Origin: Bacteroidota bacterium
GTDB taxonomy: Bacteria > Bacteroidota > Bacteroidia > NS11-12g > UBA9320
Direction of reading: 5' to 3'
DNA: 64,000 nucleotides
Assembly (NCBI GenBank): GCA_016124755.1
Contig: WGNA01000005.1
Span: 178,684 to 242,683, forward strand
The notes under the pieces were generated by a model. The model had not been told where the DNA came from. It did not search any database and saw only the letters and a program-made list of their open reading frames with translations. Numbering within the stretch: position 1 is the stretch's first letter; each line of letters opens with the position of its first letter. The position numbers and the translations under genes were made by a program. Of the stretch, positions 1 to 9,994 are shown piece after piece.

Positions 1-118
1 GAATAACAGTGTTGTCTGTATTGGGTTCGACTTTTTCAATCAGTGTGTACTGAGCGAAAGCCGGCGTAATACCCAAAAATAAAAGACAGGGTAAAAGGTA
101 CTTCAAGGTATTTCTCAT
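1..118 (-). CDS. N-terminal fragment of a secreted protein, probably an M16 (insulinase) family zinc peptidase; runs off the window edge
   Basis: Manual translation MRNTLKYLLPCLLFLGITPAFAQYTLIEKVEPNTDNTVI. It has a signal peptide and resembles the 'LVEKV...VIPYEKY' start of Bacteroidota M16 peptidases. TAATTTTG promoter at 138-145 on the minus strand. Confidence 0.5.
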   Translation of the reverse strand, partial: MRNTLKYLLPCLLFLGITPAFAQYTLIEKVEPNTDNTVI

Positions 119-280
119 ACGGTTTTTGAATTTGACGCAAAATTATCCGAAGTGGGAGAAGCAATCAAAGTTCTCGACCAAATCAGCGATAAAAATACAC
201 GAGTAAACTCTGAAATCGAAAATTCCAAAGTCGATTCAGTTTTCGGAATACCCAAATTTTAGCTCAGGTAAATAAATCCG

Positions 281-1516
281 TTATTTCTCGAGCGACAACC
301 AGCCGGATGGTAGGCCATGCGTTTTGGCATACATCAGAAGTCTGTCGGCCTGATCCCTGTCGGCAGTCGCATAAATTCCGACCCGGTAGAATCCGTTTGG
401 TTGTGGCAGAATTCTCACCGTTGGATATTGCTTTGAAAGTTCAGCAGCCCTTTTCTCTGCATACACTTTTTCTTTGGTGGAAATGGCAATCACATAATAT
501 CCTCCGCCATCTGCCTGATAATTATAGTAGTCTCCGGTTTCTTCTGTGCGGTTAGGGGCAGACTCCTGATTCGGGTAATATGTTTCCTCAGGCTCTTCAA
601 CCACAATTTCCTGTTTCGGTTTAACCGGCGGAACAACGGGTTTGATTTCGGGTTCAGACTTAACTTCCTTTTCCACATAAACCACTCTCTCCGAATTTTG
701 AAGGCTATCAATCTGGTCGGTGAGTTCGAGCAACTCCGTATTCATCTCATCCAGTTTGCGGAGAAGACTATCCTGCCTTCTTTGGGCAACAATCGGATCT
801 TCCCAACCATCGGGGCAGCCGTAATTATTTTTGATTCCTTTTACAGTCGGGCATTTATCGAGTGAATCAACTGTACCATCCTGATCGTAATCGGCAATGG
901 TTTGTGGTTTTTCAAAAGTTTTGGGTTCGTGTTTTTTGCCAATGGTTTGAATGTAGCCAAATCTGTATTGACTATACGTGTCGAAGTCACCGGATAAATT
1001 CTGAATCAAAGCGAATTGAAAATTGAGATTTGACCACGGCCCTAAACCCACTTTAATGCCGGCTCCGTATTCGTTACCAAATCCCATTTTAGCCAAACCG
1101 GCTTTTTTGAATCCCGGAAGATAATCGAGGTTGTATCCGAAATTCAGATACGGTTTTACCACACCATTTTCAGGGAAGATCCTGCCGTTGTAAAGTTTTA
1201 GAATAAAATCACCATCCCAGCCAAAGCGATACGACCGCTTCACCTGCACATCACCCTGTTGCTGGTTTAAAATAATTCCATTTGAAAGACCGGTGTTCCA
1301 TTCCCAGGATTTACTGAGGTAGCGGAAATACGATAGTCTTATTCCCAGAGCGAATGACGAATCAAAATTCCGGAGATGTCCTTCGTGCAGATTGATGTTG
1401 TAATCGTGATAATCCTGATTAACACCAAAAGCATTTCTGTAATCTGCATTTTGTGCCGATAAACGGAAAGTGATTCCAAAAATCAAAACTGCTAATACTA
1501 TCCGGAAGTTCTTCAT
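281..1516 (-). CDS. Outer-membrane beta-barrel protein with TSP3-like Ca-binding repeat, coiled coil and C-terminal SPOR domain
   Basis: Signal peptide; amphipathic strands ending YRFG; DYDQDGTVDSLDKCP...GCP repeat; C-terminal YYVIAIS...GFYRVGIY...A..L (SPOR-like). Confidence 0.7.
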   Translation of the reverse strand: MKNFRIVLAVLIFGITFRLSAQNADYRNAFGVNQDYHDYNINLHEGHLRNFDSSFALGIRLSYFRYLSKSWEWNTGLSNGIILNQQQGDVQVKRSYRFGWDGDFILKLYNGRIFPENGVVKPYLNFGYNLDYLPGFKKAGLAKMGFGNEYGAGIKVGLGPWSNLNFQFALIQNLSGDFDTYSQYRFGYIQTIGKKHEPKTFEKPQTIADYDQDGTVDSLDKCPTVKGIKNNYGCPDGWEDPIVAQRRQDSLLRKLDEMNTELLELTDQIDSLQNSERVVYVEKEVKSEPEIKPVVPPVKPKQEIVVEEPEETYYPNQESAPNRTEETGDYYNYQADGGGYYVIAISTKEKVYAEKRAAELSKQYPTVRILPQPNGFYRVGIYATADRDQADRLLMYAKTHGLPSGWLSLEK

Positions 1517-1778
1517 GAAACGTTGCGCGAAGCTATCAATTCACAAGGCAAGATATTGGTAAAAGATCGCCACGATTTCATCAGATGTTCACATTCAACC
1601 GGATCAGATAATTTTAATATACACTAATGTGCCGCGTTATTTTACGATGAATATTCCGGCTTTCATACAAGCCTCCCTGTATAATCAAACATTATTTCTC
1701 AACCCTTACAAAGTTCATTGTCAATTATTTGAAAAGCCCGGAACTGCTGCTTAAATTCGATCAGCTAGCAGTGAGATT

Positions 1779-4700
1779 ATGAAAAATATACCTAAACTTT
1801 ACGCCTTATTATTTCTGTTATTTTTTGCCGGAAGCTTATCCGCCCAATCCTTTTTCGATGATTTTGATTCGTATAAGGTTGGCGCTTATCTCGGCAAATC
1901 TTCTTCAACGTGGACAACCTGGAGCAACAACCCTGGTTCGTCGGAAGACGCACAAATTGTTGACGACAAATCGGCAAGTGGTAACAATTCTATTTACTTT
2001 TATTCCCCGAAAGGCGGCGGACCTCAGGATGTGGTTTTACCCTTCGGTGGAGTACACAGTTCCGGAAAATTTGAATTTAAAGCTAAATTCTTTATACCGA
2101 ACGGAAACTCAGCCTATTTCAATTTTCAGGGAGGATCCAGCGTAGGATCCATCTGGTCTCTCGAAGTGTATTTGCGCAGTTATGGTTCGTTTGATGCCGG
2201 CGGTTATCTTACTGCTTCCTATCCGCAAGACCGATGGTTCGAATTAAAAGTCGCCATTAACTTCGATGACAACAATTGGGAATTTTTTATTGATGACACG
2301 TCCCGCGGATCTTTTTCAAACACCAATAATTATGTTTCGTATCTGGATATTTATCCTGCAGAGGCAAATGGAATTTTCTGGGTCGACGATGTAGGATATT
2401 GCGTTAACTATGCATGTAATCCGGAATTAGCGCTCGATTCTTTTAATATACCATCCGGAACTCTCTGCTCAAATCATCTTACCGATGTTGAACTCAAAGT
2501 AAAAAACAACGGCCCTCAGGTTGCCAAACAGATGATGCTGGGCATCGACCTCAAAGGACAGGCAAGAACACTCATACCGGTTAACCTTAATAATCTCGCG
2601 GCAGGTGACTCTGTCCGGCTCACCATTAAAGATGCTTTCAAATCAGAAGTAGTGGGTACGAATGTTCAATTGAGTGCCATTAATGTTCAGCGGGATGTTT
2701 ATGCCGACAACGATACATCTTTCACTAAAATCACGGTGAATCCGTCTCCCACTTCACGGCTCATAATGGGAAATCCGTACAGCGGACAATTTAAGTTTGG
2801 TAAAAAGAGCGACCCCGACATTGCAGAAGCGTCTAAGCAAATCCGATATGAAATAACACCACCGACCGGAATGTCGAACAGTGATTACGGAACCAAATGG
2901 CGGATAAACGGAGCGGATATTTCTTATCCTTCCGGTAATGCTGCAAAAGGATTCTGGTCGTTTAATGCACCGGCATCAGGCAAGAATGCATACATTGAAA
3001 TAACTCCCACCAAAAATGAAGTCGACAGTATGCTCATGTTGAGTTTTAGTATTCTGAACCAAAATACGAAATGCGATACAGCTATTGGTCGGTACATTAT
3101 AGTGGCTCCCACACCGGAACCGAATTTTAGTTTTACCAACCCCGCATGTGACGGCACTCCCATAGAGTTCACCAATCTGGCGGAAATTCACTCGGGTACC
3201 ATGACGTATGTTTGGCGATTCGGTGATGGTGATACGGCCGATTACAAAGATCCGGTTCATACGTATCCCGGTGCCGGAACCTACTGTGTTCAGTTGATCG
3301 CCACAAGCCTGCCGTATTATACAATTAAAGACACAACCATTTGTGTAACGGTTTCGGAAATGCCCAATGTTGATTTTAAAGTTGACAATGCTTGTGAAGG
3401 CCACAACATTGTTTTCACGAACAATACAACCATAAATACCGGCACTATTAATTACGATTGGAACTTTGGTGACGGTTCGGCTCATTCATCTGTAAAGAAT
3501 CCGGTTCATGTTTACAACACCGCAGGTGGATACAAGGTAACCCTCAAAGCTACTTCTGATAAAGGTTGTGTTGAATCGCTTCAGAAAAGTGCAAATCAGT
3601 TTGCCAGCCCTACCGCCAACTTCACATTTAGCGGAAGTTGTGCTTTGTCGCCGATTCACTTCGAAGATGTTTCAACTATTGCGGGTGGAGAATACCTTGG
3701 AAGACACTGGGATTTCAGCGGAACCGAAATAGAAACCACACCCAAAGTCGATTTTGTTTTCGACAAAGCGGGTAACATGAACGTAACACTCTATTCCGTA
3801 ACCCGTTTCGGATGCGAAGACACTGTTACCAAAGTAGTAAAAGTGATTCCCGCCCCGATGGCAGATTTCACATACGATATTGCCTGTAGTGCTACACCGA
3901 CCCAATTCACCAACACAACCGGCATTCCGGGTGGTATAAAAGCAATTTATACCTGGAATTTTGGCGACGAGAATACATCAACTCAGGAATCACCCAAACA
4001 TCAATATGCGGGAACAGGCCGCTATAAAGTGAACCTTTTGGCACATGGCGACAACGGATGTTCATCCGAAAAATCTATGGAGATAGAGGTTAAGCTTCAA
4101 CCGGAAGTTGATTTCGAAGTGAACGATGTATGCGAAGACCAACTGGTACACTTCCGCAACAACACCATTGTAAACAGTTCTAATGTTGAATACGTTTGGA
4201 ACTTTGGTGATGGTGACACCTCTCATGTTTATGCTCCCGTAAAGAAATACGACGTAAACGAAACCACTATTTTCAATGTTTCTCTTTCCGCAACCGTTTT
4301 AGATGGTTGTTCGGGAACCAAAGCCGCTACCGTGAAAATCGGGGAAACTCCGAATTGCGGATTTACCTACAAAACCGCGAACACTGGTGGATTGGAATGG
4401 AACTTCACTGCCGACAACAACACGTACGATCAATACATGTGGAAGTTTGGCGGTGTTGGTCAGGGAAGCGGAAGTTCAACCACTTTTAAGTTTCCAAGCG
4501 ATGGCGTTTATCGCATTCTTTTCATCGCGATTACCAGTGAAGGTTGTGAGTGTCTTGATTCAAATCAGTTTATCACCATTAAATCTTCCGGAATTGCAGA
4601 TGTAAACTCGAATGGAATAAAAGTTCTCCCGAACCCGAACAGCGGTAACTTTAGTATAAATCTTCCCGAAACCGTTAATCTTCACAACATGGAAATCCAA

Positions 4701-4862
4701 TTAGTGGATATGCTGGGCCGAACAGTTTGGTTGTGGGATGGCGAGTCCGGAATTACCGGCAATACCATCGACGTTAAAACCACTGATCTACCAGCCGGGA
4801 ATTATATTCTGAAATTAAATGGGGATAATCTCAGCACCACGAGGAGAATTCAGATTCATTAA
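1779..4862 (+). CDS. PKD-repeat T9SS-secreted protein
   Basis: Repeated WxFGDG...PxHxY PKD motifs; C-terminal VLPNPNSG...LPAGNYIL T9SS type A sorting domain. Confidence 0.88.
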   Translation: MKNIPKLYALLFLLFFAGSLSAQSFFDDFDSYKVGAYLGKSSSTWTTWSNNPGSSEDAQIVDDKSASGNNSIYFYSPKGGGPQDVVLPFGGVHSSGKFEFKAKFFIPNGNSAYFNFQGGSSVGSIWSLEVYLRSYGSFDAGGYLTASYPQDRWFELKVAINFDDNNWEFFIDDTSRGSFSNTNNYVSYLDIYPAEANGIFWVDDVGYCVNYACNPELALDSFNIPSGTLCSNHLTDVELKVKNNGPQVAKQMMLGIDLKGQARTLIPVNLNNLAAGDSVRLTIKDAFKSEVVGTNVQLSAINVQRDVYADNDTSFTKITVNPSPTSRLIMGNPYSGQFKFGKKSDPDIAEASKQIRYEITPPTGMSNSDYGTKWRINGADISYPSGNAAKGFWSFNAPASGKNAYIEITPTKNEVDSMLMLSFSILNQNTKCDTAIGRYIIVAPTPEPNFSFTNPACDGTPIEFTNLAEIHSGTMTYVWRFGDGDTADYKDPVHTYPGAGTYCVQLIATSLPYYTIKDTTICVTVSEMPNVDFKVDNACEGHNIVFTNNTTINTGTINYDWNFGDGSAHSSVKNPVHVYNTAGGYKVTLKATSDKGCVESLQKSANQFASPTANFTFSGSCALSPIHFEDVSTIAGGEYLGRHWDFSGTEIETTPKVDFVFDKAGNMNVTLYSVTRFGCEDTVTKVVKVIPAPMADFTYDIACSATPTQFTNTTGIPGGIKAIYTWNFGDENTSTQESPKHQYAGTGRYKVNLLAHGDNGCSSEKSMEIEVKLQPEVDFEVNDVCEDQLVHFRNNTIVNSSNVEYVWNFGDGDTSHVYAPVKKYDVNETTIFNVSLSATVLDGCSGTKAATVKIGETPNCGFTYKTANTGGLEWNFTADNNTYDQYMWKFGGVGQGSGSSTTFKFPSDGVYRILFIAITSEGCECLDSNQFITIKSSGIADVNSNGIKVLPNPNSGNFSINLPETVNLHNMEIQLVDMLGRTVWLWDGESGITGNTIDVKTTDLPAGNYILKLNGDNLSTTRRIQIH

Positions 4863-4872
4863 AAATTGCATT

Positions 4873-4901
4873 AAAAAGCCCGGGAACACCGGGCTTTTTT
4901 T
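4873..4901 (+). terminator. Intrinsic terminator
   Basis: AAAAAGCCCGG-GAACA-CCGGGC-TTTTTTT directly after the stop at 4862. Confidence 0.85.
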
Positions 4902-4989
4902 CTTCTTCTTTTGAAAATTTGCAGGTGTAATGTTCTAAACCTGACACTTTAAATTGCAACCATCTTTGCATTTGGTGTCGAACAAATAC

Positions 4990-7257
4990 ATGCGTTTTAT
5001 TTACCACTTCATTTTAGCCTTTATAATTTTTATTTCTAATTCGCCGGATGGTTCTGCGCAATCACAATGGAAGCAAATCCGAAACGAATTGTGCATTCAA
5101 GGCGAGGTTAGCGGATCGTTTCTTTTTTATCATACCATCTCCCGTACGAATGGTTTTGTGAGGTTGGATCTGCGAGACACCGTTTTCAAGACCGAAATGG
5201 AAATGATTAAAGAGAAGGGCGATACCTTTAATTCGTACACCATCGGTTCACGAAATCAATTCGCTGTTATTGGAAAAAACCTGATTAAACCGGTTGATTC
5301 ATTTGTTTATGTTTCGCATGATTTCGGTGACAACTGGACAAAATCAAATATTCAAATTAACAGTCAAATCACAGATTGTTTTGGTTTGAACGGAGTCTTT
5401 GGAATTGCAGCCGGTCCGAATTTTATTTATTCAACCGATTCCGGATACACGTTTCTGGAATCGAAACCCTTCACCGATTCTGCTTTTGAGTTTAATCCAC
5501 TTTACCTTTTAGATTCAACACTCTTTTATCAATATCTCATCGACGGAAAAAAGCTGGCCTTCTGTAGCATTAGATTAGACGGATCAGATCAAAGAAATAT
5601 TTTAATTGACAGCAGTTCCAATTCTTACCGCAGCAATTTCGTCGTTCTCGGCAACGCATTAATTATTAATCTCAATCATAAAATTTATCTGTCGAAAAAC
5701 GGAGGCGACACCTGGCAGATAATTAATGAAGAGGAATATTTCGGTCTTAGAACTTACAACAATTATGTTTTTGCCATTCGCAGAAACGGAAACAATGATT
5801 TGTATTATTTAACCTCAGACACCTTCAAAACAATGCAGGGAGTTGGCACCAACAGCTTACTAAACAATTCTGCAACAAACACCGGTTTTTATAACAACGA
5901 TTTTTATACGATTGGCTGGGGCGGAATCTTCAGACTAAAAAATCCGGATATAGCCCTGCGACATGTAACCGGAACGGTGTATTTCGATAAAAATAAAAAC
6001 GGAATTTTGGACAATGATGAATCGGGAATTAAAAATCAAACAGTTCGATTCCAATTATCAAAACTATCAACTCTTACCGATTCTCTGGGTCATTACGAAC
6101 TCGATTTTTTTTACGGTGCAGATAAAGTGTATGCTCTTCCAAAATCTTCCGCGATTAATGTGAGTCCGAATTATCACATTTCGTCTGCTGGAATTGATAC
6201 GGTCAACTTCGGTTATCAGTGCGACACATCGAAAGCAAATGCCCGGATTGATATAACCGGCCGAAGTTCGTTTAACACGTATCGTGGATCTGATTATTCC
6301 ATTATTTGCACAAACGAAAACGGGATTGATCTGAAAACTACCGTACGATTTTCATTTCCTGAGACAATCAAATTAAAACACGCCAACCCTTCACCTTCCG
6401 CAACCACAGATTCAACACTTGAATGGGACATTGTTCTAAAACCATTGGAACAACAGAAAATCAGTACAGGTTTCGGTTTAGAGATAAGTCTGAACGACGG
6501 CGACACCATTTCCACTTTCGCAGAATTTGTTGGGTTAAAGGATTGGGATTCTACCGATAACAAAAGCGCCCTTCTGCAAAAGGTTTCCTCGTCTTATGAC
6601 CCGAATGATAAATCCGTTTCGCCGGTGATTATTCACGTTGATGAAATTGATAAAAGCAACAATCTCCTGTTCACTATACGATTTCAGAACACCGGAAACG
6701 ATACGGCTTTTGATGTGCGGATCGAAGACACTTTGTCGGATTTTATTGATCCGGAATCGGTACTCATTTTAGATGCAAGTCACCGTTTGATTACTGAAAC
6801 CGACGGAAAGAACCTGAGCTTTCATTTCGACAATATCTATCTGCCCGACAGCACAACCAACGAACCGGAAAGCAAAGGCTTTGTAACCTTCATCTGTCAG
6901 ACAAAAGAGCAACTCAAAACCGGAGACAAAATCGAAAACACTGCCTTTATTTATTTCGATCAGAACGAAGCGATCGTTACGAATACCACCTCAACTTCGG
7001 TCGTTGAAATTTCCGATGCAATACACAAAATCAGAAAAACATTTCCGGCGATTTATCCGAATCCCACAACCGGCATTGTGAATCTTCCGGCAGGAGTTAT
7101 TTCGGTTGAAGTTTACGATTTAACGGGCGGATTAATTTATTCGCAAAACGGATTGCACGAATCGGTTGATCTGGAAATGGTTTCCAACGGTTTGTATTGG
7201 TTAAAGATCATTATGGAAGATTCTGCATTCACAAGCCGGCTGATTATTCATCATTGA
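4990..7257 (+). CDS. T9SS-secreted protein with BNR/Asp-box repeats, SdrD-B-like domain and 'SYDPNDK' repeat domain
   Basis: SxDxGxxW Asp-boxes; GTVYFDKNKNG; SYDPNDK...IRFQNTG; YPNPTTG C-terminal domain. ATG at 4990 (MRFIY) gives a proper signal peptide. Confidence 0.82.
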   Translation: MRFIYHFILAFIIFISNSPDGSAQSQWKQIRNELCIQGEVSGSFLFYHTISRTNGFVRLDLRDTVFKTEMEMIKEKGDTFNSYTIGSRNQFAVIGKNLIKPVDSFVYVSHDFGDNWTKSNIQINSQITDCFGLNGVFGIAAGPNFIYSTDSGYTFLESKPFTDSAFEFNPLYLLDSTLFYQYLIDGKKLAFCSIRLDGSDQRNILIDSSSNSYRSNFVVLGNALIINLNHKIYLSKNGGDTWQIINEEEYFGLRTYNNYVFAIRRNGNNDLYYLTSDTFKTMQGVGTNSLLNNSATNTGFYNNDFYTIGWGGIFRLKNPDIALRHVTGTVYFDKNKNGILDNDESGIKNQTVRFQLSKLSTLTDSLGHYELDFFYGADKVYALPKSSAINVSPNYHISSAGIDTVNFGYQCDTSKANARIDITGRSSFNTYRGSDYSIICTNENGIDLKTTVRFSFPETIKLKHANPSPSATTDSTLEWDIVLKPLEQQKISTGFGLEISLNDGDTISTFAEFVGLKDWDSTDNKSALLQKVSSSYDPNDKSVSPVIIHVDEIDKSNNLLFTIRFQNTGNDTAFDVRIEDTLSDFIDPESVLILDASHRLITETDGKNLSFHFDNIYLPDSTTNEPESKGFVTFICQTKEQLKTGDKIENTAFIYFDQNEAIVTNTTSTSVVEISDAIHKIRKTFPAIYPNPTTGIVNLPAGVISVEVYDLTGGLIYSQNGLHESVDLEMVSNGLYWLKIIMEDSAFTSRLIIHH

Positions 7258-7394
7258 ATATTCTGCCTGGAAAATAAAGGTTTCAAGCTAAAAAGTAATT
7301 TCAGTTCCTTTTCTTGAAATTGTTCACGGATTAATCTATTGTTAATCCACTTCGATTATCCTTGCTATTTATTCCAAAATAAGTCAGAGGCTCA

Positions 7395-8417
7395 ATGAAA
7401 TACACGATACTTTTTGTTATTCTGCAATTAGTCGTTAAGCTGGCTAATTCACAATCCTATCCAATTGATACCAACAGTGTAGAATTGTATCAACAGTACA
7501 CTGCCGGAAGTTCAGATTATCTTTATTATGAAAAGAATTCTGAAACACCATTTTCGGGCATTCTGATTAGTAAAACCAAAAGAGACAAGATCTTTATTGA
7601 ATTTAGAGATGGTAAACTTCATGGTAATTACGTGATTCTGAATTCTAAAAACGATACTCTTCAAATTACAAAGTTCGATGAAGGTCTTGCAATGTACACC
7701 GTCGATTACACCTATGACACCGGTAAGCCTGTAAAACGGATTAAAAATAAAAAGTTAAAGGGAAGTCAACAGGATTATGAAATATTCGGTAAAGCATTGA
7801 GATACGTTCAGGATAAAAAGTTTAACGAACTAAACGCATTTCTGAATCCTTTACATTCAGATTATGAAACCACATTCACAAAGTTGGGAAGCATATTCGG
7901 GATACTCGATAGCTTTCAAATAAAGGAGATTATCAATGAAAAGATCGAAGTTCAGAATTGCACTTATATGTTGGCTACAATTGAATTATACTATAAAAAA
8001 GAACACTTTACTTCTGAATTTCTAATCAAAAAATTTGAACGTAGCATCAGAGGAGAAGGATTCATCTTCAAGGCTTTTGTTGATGATTTAATTCCGGATA
8101 CGAGCATCAATGATATCATGTCTGCTTTGCAAAATCAGGATCTTAAAACGTTAATACAATATGCCGGCAGAGATTACGGTGTAGAGAATAAAATTAATAA
8201 CATTCAGACAGTTGACTCTTCCTTTGTGTTTATAGATTGTGCTCTGGGTTTTATGAATGAAATTCAATTGATTAAACATTATCTGATTAATATTAATGGT
8301 GAGGATCAATTACTGGCCTTATCCTATAAAATATTGGATGGAGGAAATCTTCAATTTCAAGGTCTTGGAATTCATTCGTTCAGAACAAAGTACATCGTAA
8401 AGCATAACATATATTAA
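7395..8417 (+). CDS. Hypothetical exported protein (AT-rich; short MORN-variant-like segment near the N-terminus)
   Basis: 340-aa ORF, signal peptide, PFSG...FRDGKLHG motif. Confidence 0.55.
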   Translation: MKYTILFVILQLVVKLANSQSYPIDTNSVELYQQYTAGSSDYLYYEKNSETPFSGILISKTKRDKIFIEFRDGKLHGNYVILNSKNDTLQITKFDEGLAMYTVDYTYDTGKPVKRIKNKKLKGSQQDYEIFGKALRYVQDKKFNELNAFLNPLHSDYETTFTKLGSIFGILDSFQIKEIINEKIEVQNCTYMLATIELYYKKEHFTSEFLIKKFERSIRGEGFIFKAFVDDLIPDTSINDIMSALQNQDLKTLIQYAGRDYGVENKINNIQTVDSSFVFIDCALGFMNEIQLIKHYLININGEDQLLALSYKILDGGNLQFQGLGIHSFRTKYIVKHNIY

Positions 8418-8560
8418 ACTGTGAATCTTGCTCTCAATTCTTTCCCGATTTTGATCATCTGTTCAAGAGCAGATCTGGTTCCGGGATCGTCGATTTGTAA
8501 TTAAAATCCGGCAATTACACCTTAACTTTTCAAGACCGGTCTGATTTAGAAAGATTGAAT

Positions 8561-8588
8561 AAAAAGCCCGGCCAAACCGGGCTTTTTT
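8561..8588. terminator. Bidirectional intrinsic terminator
   Basis: AAAAAGCCCGG-CCAAA-CCGGGCTTTTT between convergent genes. Confidence 0.85.
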
Positions 8589-9994
8589 TAATCCATAGCC
8601 ATTCGCACAATGGCCGGGTGAAAGGATCCGAGAATATCCACGAGTTCCGATTGAGCATTCATCACCGAATGGATATCTTTATAAACCATCGGTGATTCGT
8701 CAACTCCGCCACCCGAAAGCAGTATGTTATGCTTCGTCAACACCTCTTTCATTTCTGCATTACCAATAACCGATTTGGCTTTCGACCGGCTCATCAATCT
8801 TCCGGCTCCGTGGGAAGCGGATTGTAATGAACTTACCTCTCCCCTTCCGCGAACAATAAAACCCGGCTGCGTCATCGAACCCGGAATTACGCCGAGAACC
8901 CCTTTGCCCGCCGGAGTCGCTCCTTTTCGGTGCACAATTAATTCCTCACCACTTTCACTTTTCTCTTTCCACGCAAAATTGTGGTGATTCTCCACACGTG
9001 CAGCCCGACTGAGTTTAAGTGCCCGTTCAATTCGTTGATGAATATCGTGATGACAAGCCGAAGCATAATCACCTGCCAGATTCATCGCCAGCCAGTATTC
9101 TTGTCCGGCTTCCGAATCCAGATCAAGCCATGCTAATTTCCTGGCTTCTCCCGGCAGTTGGCATTTATACTCCGCAATTCTGGAATAATACGAGGCGATG
9201 CCGGCACCCAAACCCCGCGATCCGGAATGCGAAAGCAAACCCAAATACTCCCCGGGAATTAATCCGAGTTCATTGGTTTTGTCGGTAATGGTAACTCGTC
9301 CGAATTCCACAAAGTGATTACCTCCGCCGGAAGAACCGATTTGAATTCTTGCCTTATTAAAAAGCTTTTTGGCAACAGAAATTTCTCTGAATTCGGGTCG
9401 ATCGAACAAGCTGTGATCCGAAGGTCTTTCAAACACTTCGGTATTTCCGAATCGCGTATTCTTGTTTAAAGCATCCGAAAGCTGCTGTGATTTTTGGGTG
9501 ATTAATTCCAACGGATCATTAAATACCGTGAGACACATTCTGCAACCAATATCCACTCCCACCCCATACGGAATAATAGCATTTCGTGTAGCCAGAACAC
9601 CACCGATCGGCAACCCGTAGCCGTGATGTGCATCGGGCATCAGAGCCCCGTCAATGGTTATCGGAAGCTTCATAGCGGTAAACATCTGATTGCGCGCTCC
9701 CTCATCAATTTGATCGGAGCCGAATTCCGCAAATGATTTCGCCGGAACCAACCGGTATTTCCGGGATTCTTCGATTTGACGGCTGTTGTCGATAAAATAT
9801 TCCGCCAGGCGCGACATGCTTTCATGTTCCCGGAAATGCTCCGGATTTTTTAGAACCTGCGTCAATAATTCCAAACCTTCTTCAACCTTATTTCCCCGAA
9901 AGTGCTTTTGCAGAATTTCCAAGGCAATTCCAATCGATCGGTTTTGAGGAAAGCCGATTTTAACCAAGTGATTTCCTCTGATTTTTTTAGCCAT
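8588..9994 (-). CDS. rtcB: RtcB family RNA 2',3'-cyclic phosphate/5'-OH ligase
   Basis: Motifs MPDAH.GYGLPIGG, VGVDIGC, GGNHFVE, HSGSRG, HHNFAW, HRKGAT, PGSM, SASHGAGR and DESP.VYK are all intact. Confidence 0.95.
   Translation of the reverse strand: MAKKIRGNHLVKIGFPQNRSIGIALEILQKHFRGNKVEEGLELLTQVLKNPEHFREHESMSRLAEYFIDNSRQIEESRKYRLVPAKSFAEFGSDQIDEGARNQMFTAMKLPITIDGALMPDAHHGYGLPIGGVLATRNAIIPYGVGVDIGCRMCLTVFNDPLELITQKSQQLSDALNKNTRFGNTEVFERPSDHSLFDRPEFREISVAKKLFNKARIQIGSSGGGNHFVEFGRVTITDKTNELGLIPGEYLGLLSHSGSRGLGAGIASYYSRIAEYKCQLPGEARKLAWLDLDSEAGQEYWLAMNLAGDYASACHHDIHQRIERALKLSRAARVENHHNFAWKEKSESGEELIVHRKGATPAGKGVLGVIPGSMTQPGFIVRGRGEVSSLQSASHGAGRLMSRSKAKSVIGNAEMKEVLTKHNILLSGGGVDESPMVYKDIHSVMNAQSELVDILGSFHPAIVRMAMD

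Noticed and set aside
8489-8560. Possible remnant of a T9SS C-terminal domain (VDL*LKSGNYTLTF)
   Set aside because: Too short and degenerate to call a pseudogene.
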